Assembly: GCA_950097015.1 (NCBI GenBank)
Contig: CATNEN010000038.1
Span: 30,008,001 to 30,072,000 of the forward strand
Direction: 5' to 3'
Origin: Macrostomum hystrix
Taxonomy: Eukaryota > Animalia > Platyhelminthes
Length of the DNA: 64,000 nt
Position numbers and translations under genes: made by a program. Below are positions 59,323 to 64,000 of the stretch, piece by piece; within the stretch, counting starts at the first letter, position 1, and each line of letters opens with the position of its first letter. The notes below the pieces were generated by a model. The model was not told the origin of the DNA, made no database searches, and was given only the letters and a program-made list of their open reading frames with translations.

Positions 59323-60124
59323 GTCTCTTGTTTGTTGAGTTTCGTGTAGCGTCTATCTTCTCTCCTTGGAAACTATTTCTTTAGCATTGACTAAGCGCCT
59401 GATGCTTTATTGTCGTTCTTCTCGTGAATTCCTCTGCCTGCATGACGCCACATGGGGTTTCTTTTTTAGCTTTACTGGACAGTCTCATCGCGATGGTGTA
59501 GATGTACTCAGTCTGGGCTGCATAATTGAGTATAGTGCACTTTCCTTGACCGTTTGTCAACAGATTGTTAGCAGGGTGTGTTAGGGTTAGAGTTTCTTGG
59601 AGCCACTTCGCGACACTGTGGGGTTTCCTCATTGCTTCCAGAGCAATGGCACCCTAGCAGCACTCTACCTGGTTAGGAATCATCGCTAAAATTGTGCAGC
59701 TGACACGATGCGAATATTTTTTGCTTGCCTGTCTGTCTTCACATAGAAGGAAACTATGCGAGCCTCCTTCCTTTAGTTGTCATCTGTTCGTAAGCGCTAA
59801 CACCGTGTGGACTCAAAATTGTTTCTCAGGGCCGAATCTTTATTGAGGCGTTGACAATGCAAAGATTTGAAATACTAGTTGGCTAGTCGTTTTCCTAAAA
59901 CACTTTGTTTAGTCTGTGCACCTCAATATCATGCGTCTTTTATTATGCATCGTTTGGCCATTTTTTATCAGCATTATCAGCACCAGCTGCTCGAAAGACA
60001 TTGAAACTTGGCGAATGATCATACGAGCTCGTAATTATAAATATAATTTGTACACAGTTGATCATAGATAGTCAGTATGCTTGAGCACACTTAAAAGGAA
60101 GTAAATCAGCCCGTAGTTCTTCGG

Positions 60125-60400
60125 GCTGTATAGTATTTTCCCCCTGGGGAAAGATCACGGGGTATTTCAAATGCCCGCTGCCTACCTCACGACAGTTCCC
60201 AAACCGAATGACCTATTTTCGTAAAAGTCCAACAAATGGATCGAAAATTTCCACCCTTTACGAATAACTAACTTTCAAAGCCGTCCGACGTCAGGATTGT
60301 TGAGATTATGCCTTTATTGGTGGTTTTTGCCACCGTGGAGGATCGTTGATTTTTATGGCGATTGGCAGAATACGGAAAAAATGTGGGTATTAGAAATACC
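60125..60400 (+). mobile_element. Dispersed repeat family C copy
   Basis: GGGGAAAGATCACGGGGTATTTCAAAT, TCCCAAACCGAATGACCTATTTTCG and GATTTTTATGGCGATTGGCAGAATA blocks. Confidence 0.65.
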
Positions 60401-61432
60401 TGTATTTACAAACTCTGTGTGCTACCGTTCCACTATTGAACCCCCACTTAATTGTTGCCATGCCAACATGCTTGGCAGCTGAATACACTGTTTCTGCTGT
60501 AGTTTCGGCTGCAATCAATCCTAATTCTAACTGATTAATAATGTATTTAAATTGTTTTAGATTTATATAATCAATTATTTATGTTTTTCAGGCTAGAAAT
60601 CGACACTAAATGCGGCTACTCATATTCGATTACACATATTCTCTCTGACTATATTTTGTCAACAATATGCTTGGTTATGAATAATCATATTCTACTCAAA
60701 GTAGAAGCATAGAAAAACAGTAAACTATAGTTTCTATCATTAAAATAAAACTGTTTTTCCAGACTTTCAACTTTAAACGGACAGTCCAGTTTAGGGTCAT
60801 TAGCAGTAGTCACGTAAATCTACATTTTTATCTCATTTTATCTCTTCTCTCACATTCTCAACCTTTGCTTTATTGAGAAAAAAACACTGCTTTAATGCAA
60901 GACAATGTACACGAAAGCAATGAGCGTTTTCGCTGGTCTAAGCATGTACGCACAAAAGCAGCTCTTTTTTTCAACCCGTAGAAGATCTAAGACAAAATTG
61001 TCAGACTCGAATTTCATAGTGCCAGAGACCTGTTTCGGCTGTGTGCTCAAAGGATCGAGGTGGCTGTCCATTTGGAACAGCTGGAAGAATGGACTCTCGC
61101 CTTTAAATAGACGAAAAATATCGTTTATGACTTGCAATGCGAAGGACCTGCAACTGCTGCAATTCATAAACTGTTTCTTTCCGTCTGCCACTTCAGGCGC
61201 GCGTTCTGCGTCTCAGTCCATTGAGTTTATACTCGTAGCTCTCGTAGCCAACCTCATTGGCCTAAGTGAGCTGTAGAGACTAAAAAGGGGCTGCCACGGA
61301 CGATTAGTTTAGTTTTCTTGGTTCAGGTTCTCGTATGAAATATTCAGCAGCCCAGAACCTCATTAGGGCGTTGATCCGTGTGTCATCCGTCATCCGTTAA
61401 ATTATTAAGTAGTCACAATTAACGATCTGATC

Positions 61433-64000
61433 ATGGACGATTCGTACTATGATTCAATTGAGCCAAGCGCGACCACAATCTCAGGACCGCGGACACAGCA
61501 GCAGCGCAGGTCAGACAGTACCTCTGCGGCTATAAAATCTCCTTCTGTGGACCTCACCCTAGACTCGTTGGACGGCGACTTAGACGAAGATAGACGCGAA
61601 GACATCGCTGCAGACGACGAAGACGACTTTAGCCATGACCTTCTCAGCGATGAAGCTGCTGGAGTGAAGGAGTGCGACTGTGCCGAAATTAACGGAGGCG
61701 GAAGCAGTGTAGGAGCCAATCTGCTGGCTGGGGTGCGTCAGTACGTGAATCACCGCGGAGAGAACATGCTTCTCGCCAACGGCAGCAGCCGCGGCTCGAC
61801 GCCGAGCACCACCGCTGGCGGCGGAGCTACGAGGCATCGCGGACTATCGAGCGTTCGCTCCTTGCGTCATCGTCAGGAAGAATCAGCCGCTGAAAGAAGA
61901 CGAGCGTCGCTTGTGGAACGACAACGCCGACTGCAGGGCTCAACAGTTAGCAGAGATCTCGCAGATCTGGACGCTCTTGGCCGTGTATCAGCTGTCTCCG
62001 ACGAGCAGCTCGTGTATCTGCCGCAGCAGTTCGCGGGGCAGCCGCCGCAGACAGTTTCTAGACTACCCGGAGGCTACACCATCTTGGGACCGGCATTTGA
62101 AGACTCTCCGGTGGTGCCAACTTTCTCCGCCCCATTAAGAAATAGTTCAATCATGATGGCAGGAGCTGCGTTAAATGGTGACCGCTTTGGTGGTAGTCGG
62201 TGAGGAACTACCTTCCTTTCTACTTTACAATCGGTGTGTTTTCTATTGCGAGCCTACTAAGCTTGATACTCACAATCATTTCTAGACAAGACGTCACAGA
62301 CAGCGCCGCAATTGCTGCGACCGCGGCTACGACAACCGCTGTAGTTGCCGACTGTCCCGAGTGTCCAAGACTGCGCCATCGAATAGGTCAGCTCGAGTCG
62401 CAGGCCTCCTCACTGATGGAACAGCTGAGCGCTTCGCGGGCAGTCGTCGAGGCGTTGACGTCAGCTACAGCGACAGGCGCAGCTGGCGGTGTCGCTCGGG
62501 TTGACAAGGCCCTCCTGGCGGAGAACCGAACCCTCCGAGCTCAACTGGAAGCTGCCTCAGCCATGGGCAACGATCTGGACGATGTGCGTCGCGAATTGCG
62601 AGCAGCTGTTGCCGCATCTTCGCCAGCTGAAGCGGTGGAGCTGTCAGCTAGATCTCGACTGTTGGAGCAGCGTTGCGCTGAGCTGACTCAGAGCTGCGTT
62701 GACCTCAGGTCAGTATGAAAAATGTCTTCATTACATTTTTGGGACTGATTATCGACAATTTTCGTTGTCTTTCATACAACAGGCACGCCAATCACCAGCT
62801 GCAACTCAGTCTGGGCCGGGTGCGCGGCGTCCTGCCGGACCTCAGCGTTGCCGACATCGAGCTGCTCGAGCGTCGCTGGTGCGACCTGCCGACATCAATT
62901 GGCGCGCAACTGGAAGACGGCGACATCCTGGCTGACCGGGTGCGCGACGAGGAGGGCGTCGCTGACGAGCACAGTGTAGTGCAGTGCCTCTGGTATCGGT
63001 ACCAGGTCACAAAGAGAAGTCTGGGCGCTCTGCAGCTGCGCCTGGCATCACTGGGTGTGTCCTCCGCCAACCAGCTGGCTCACCTGGACAGCCTGGCCGA
63101 CTCCGCCGCTGCTAATTCCGCAGAGGTGGAAAGACTTCGCGATCAGCTGGCCGTCAAGGACGATGCCCTGCGTGCCCTGGAGGTCAGCGGCGCCGGAGTT
63201 GGAACTTCGTCATCAGAAGCCAACTTGACACGAGTTTTGGCCAGCCTGGAGCGAATGGATCATCTGCGGCCAGTCATGGCGGCCGCTGCCGCTGCGTCGG
63301 TAACCACTGAACCCTCCGCCGAAGTTGGCGAGCTGCGCAACCAGCTGGAAGTTTATCGCGAGAAACTGCACATGCTGGCTGACGAGAAGGCCCGCTTAGA
63401 AGAGGCCTTGCAGGAGGCTAGCGGCCTAGAGGAAACAAAACGCGAACGCGACGGCATCGCTGCGAATTTCGATCGCGTCAATCGACGCTGGGAGGCCGAC
63501 AAGGAGCGGCTGGACCGCCTGACAGCCGAGCTGACCGCTGCGAGGGAGCAGGCTCACGAGCTCCGTGGCTTCGAGTTCAAGTTCCAAGCTGCCGACGAGG
63601 AGCGGCGAAGCCTCCGCGATCAGGTCCGCGCGCTGACTGATCAGCTGACGAACTCCGGCAGAGACGTTCGCGAGCAGCTCAGTGGCAGGTTAGTGATAAC
63701 CTTGACGTCCGGCTAAATGGTTCAGTGTACTTCATTTCTAGTGTACAAAGTAATATCAGTTCAGGGAATAAGTTTACGATCAAAATACTTCTTCCAATCA
63801 TTATTCAGAGAGGACGCTCTGCGATCGGCCATTAACGAACGTGACGCAGCCATTCGAGAGGCGACCGAGCTTCGCTCTCAGCTCGAAGCCGAACGCCAGC
63901 GTCAACAGTCCGAGCGTCAGCAGTCCGAATCGCGCGGTGCCGACCTGGCTGCTCTGCGCCGGGAGTTGGAGCTCAGCAGACGTGTGGCTGCCACCCAGGA
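61433..64000 (+). CDS. 5' part of a long coiled-coil protein with an acidic, disordered N-terminus (3'-truncated by the window)
   Basis: Exons 61433-62199, 62286-62708, 62783-63688, 63809 onward, all joined in phase 2 by short GT-AG introns; heptad-rich E/R/L/A sequence. Confidence 0.8.

Overview
Animal genomic DNA with spliceosomal GT-AG introns and many minisatellites; the style suggests an invertebrate, possibly a Macrostomum-like flatworm, but the taxon is only a guess. I rebuilt several phase-consistent gene models by hand. On + these are: the last two exons of an unknown low-complexity gene (8087-17136), a 7-exon Delta/Serrate-like type I membrane protein lacking EGF repeats (19778-22853), SERINC (27852-32555), TUBGCP6 (34553-46203), an XK-related scramblase (~47842-49359), two tandem TLC-domain (TLCD4/TMEM56-like) paralogs (50482-51309, 55302-56660) and the 5' part of a long coiled-coil gene (61433 to the window end). 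On - there is a Q-rich orphan gene (58207-59322). Mobile DNA includes an intact Ty3/Gypsy (Mag-like) retrotransposon with identical 238-bp LTRs inserted antisense in TUBGCP6 intron 3, a MULE-like MITE with a 9-bp TSD, two tRNA-derived SINE families and a third dispersed repeat. About 17 different tandem arrays are present, many filling introns up to the 3' splice site. The most interesting leads are a co-directional SERINC-GCP6-XKR-TLCD-TLCD cluster (possible trans-spliced operon rich in membrane-lipid proteins), the EGF-less Notch-ligand-like protein, and the very young LTR insertion. Most short ORFs in the track are repeat artefacts.
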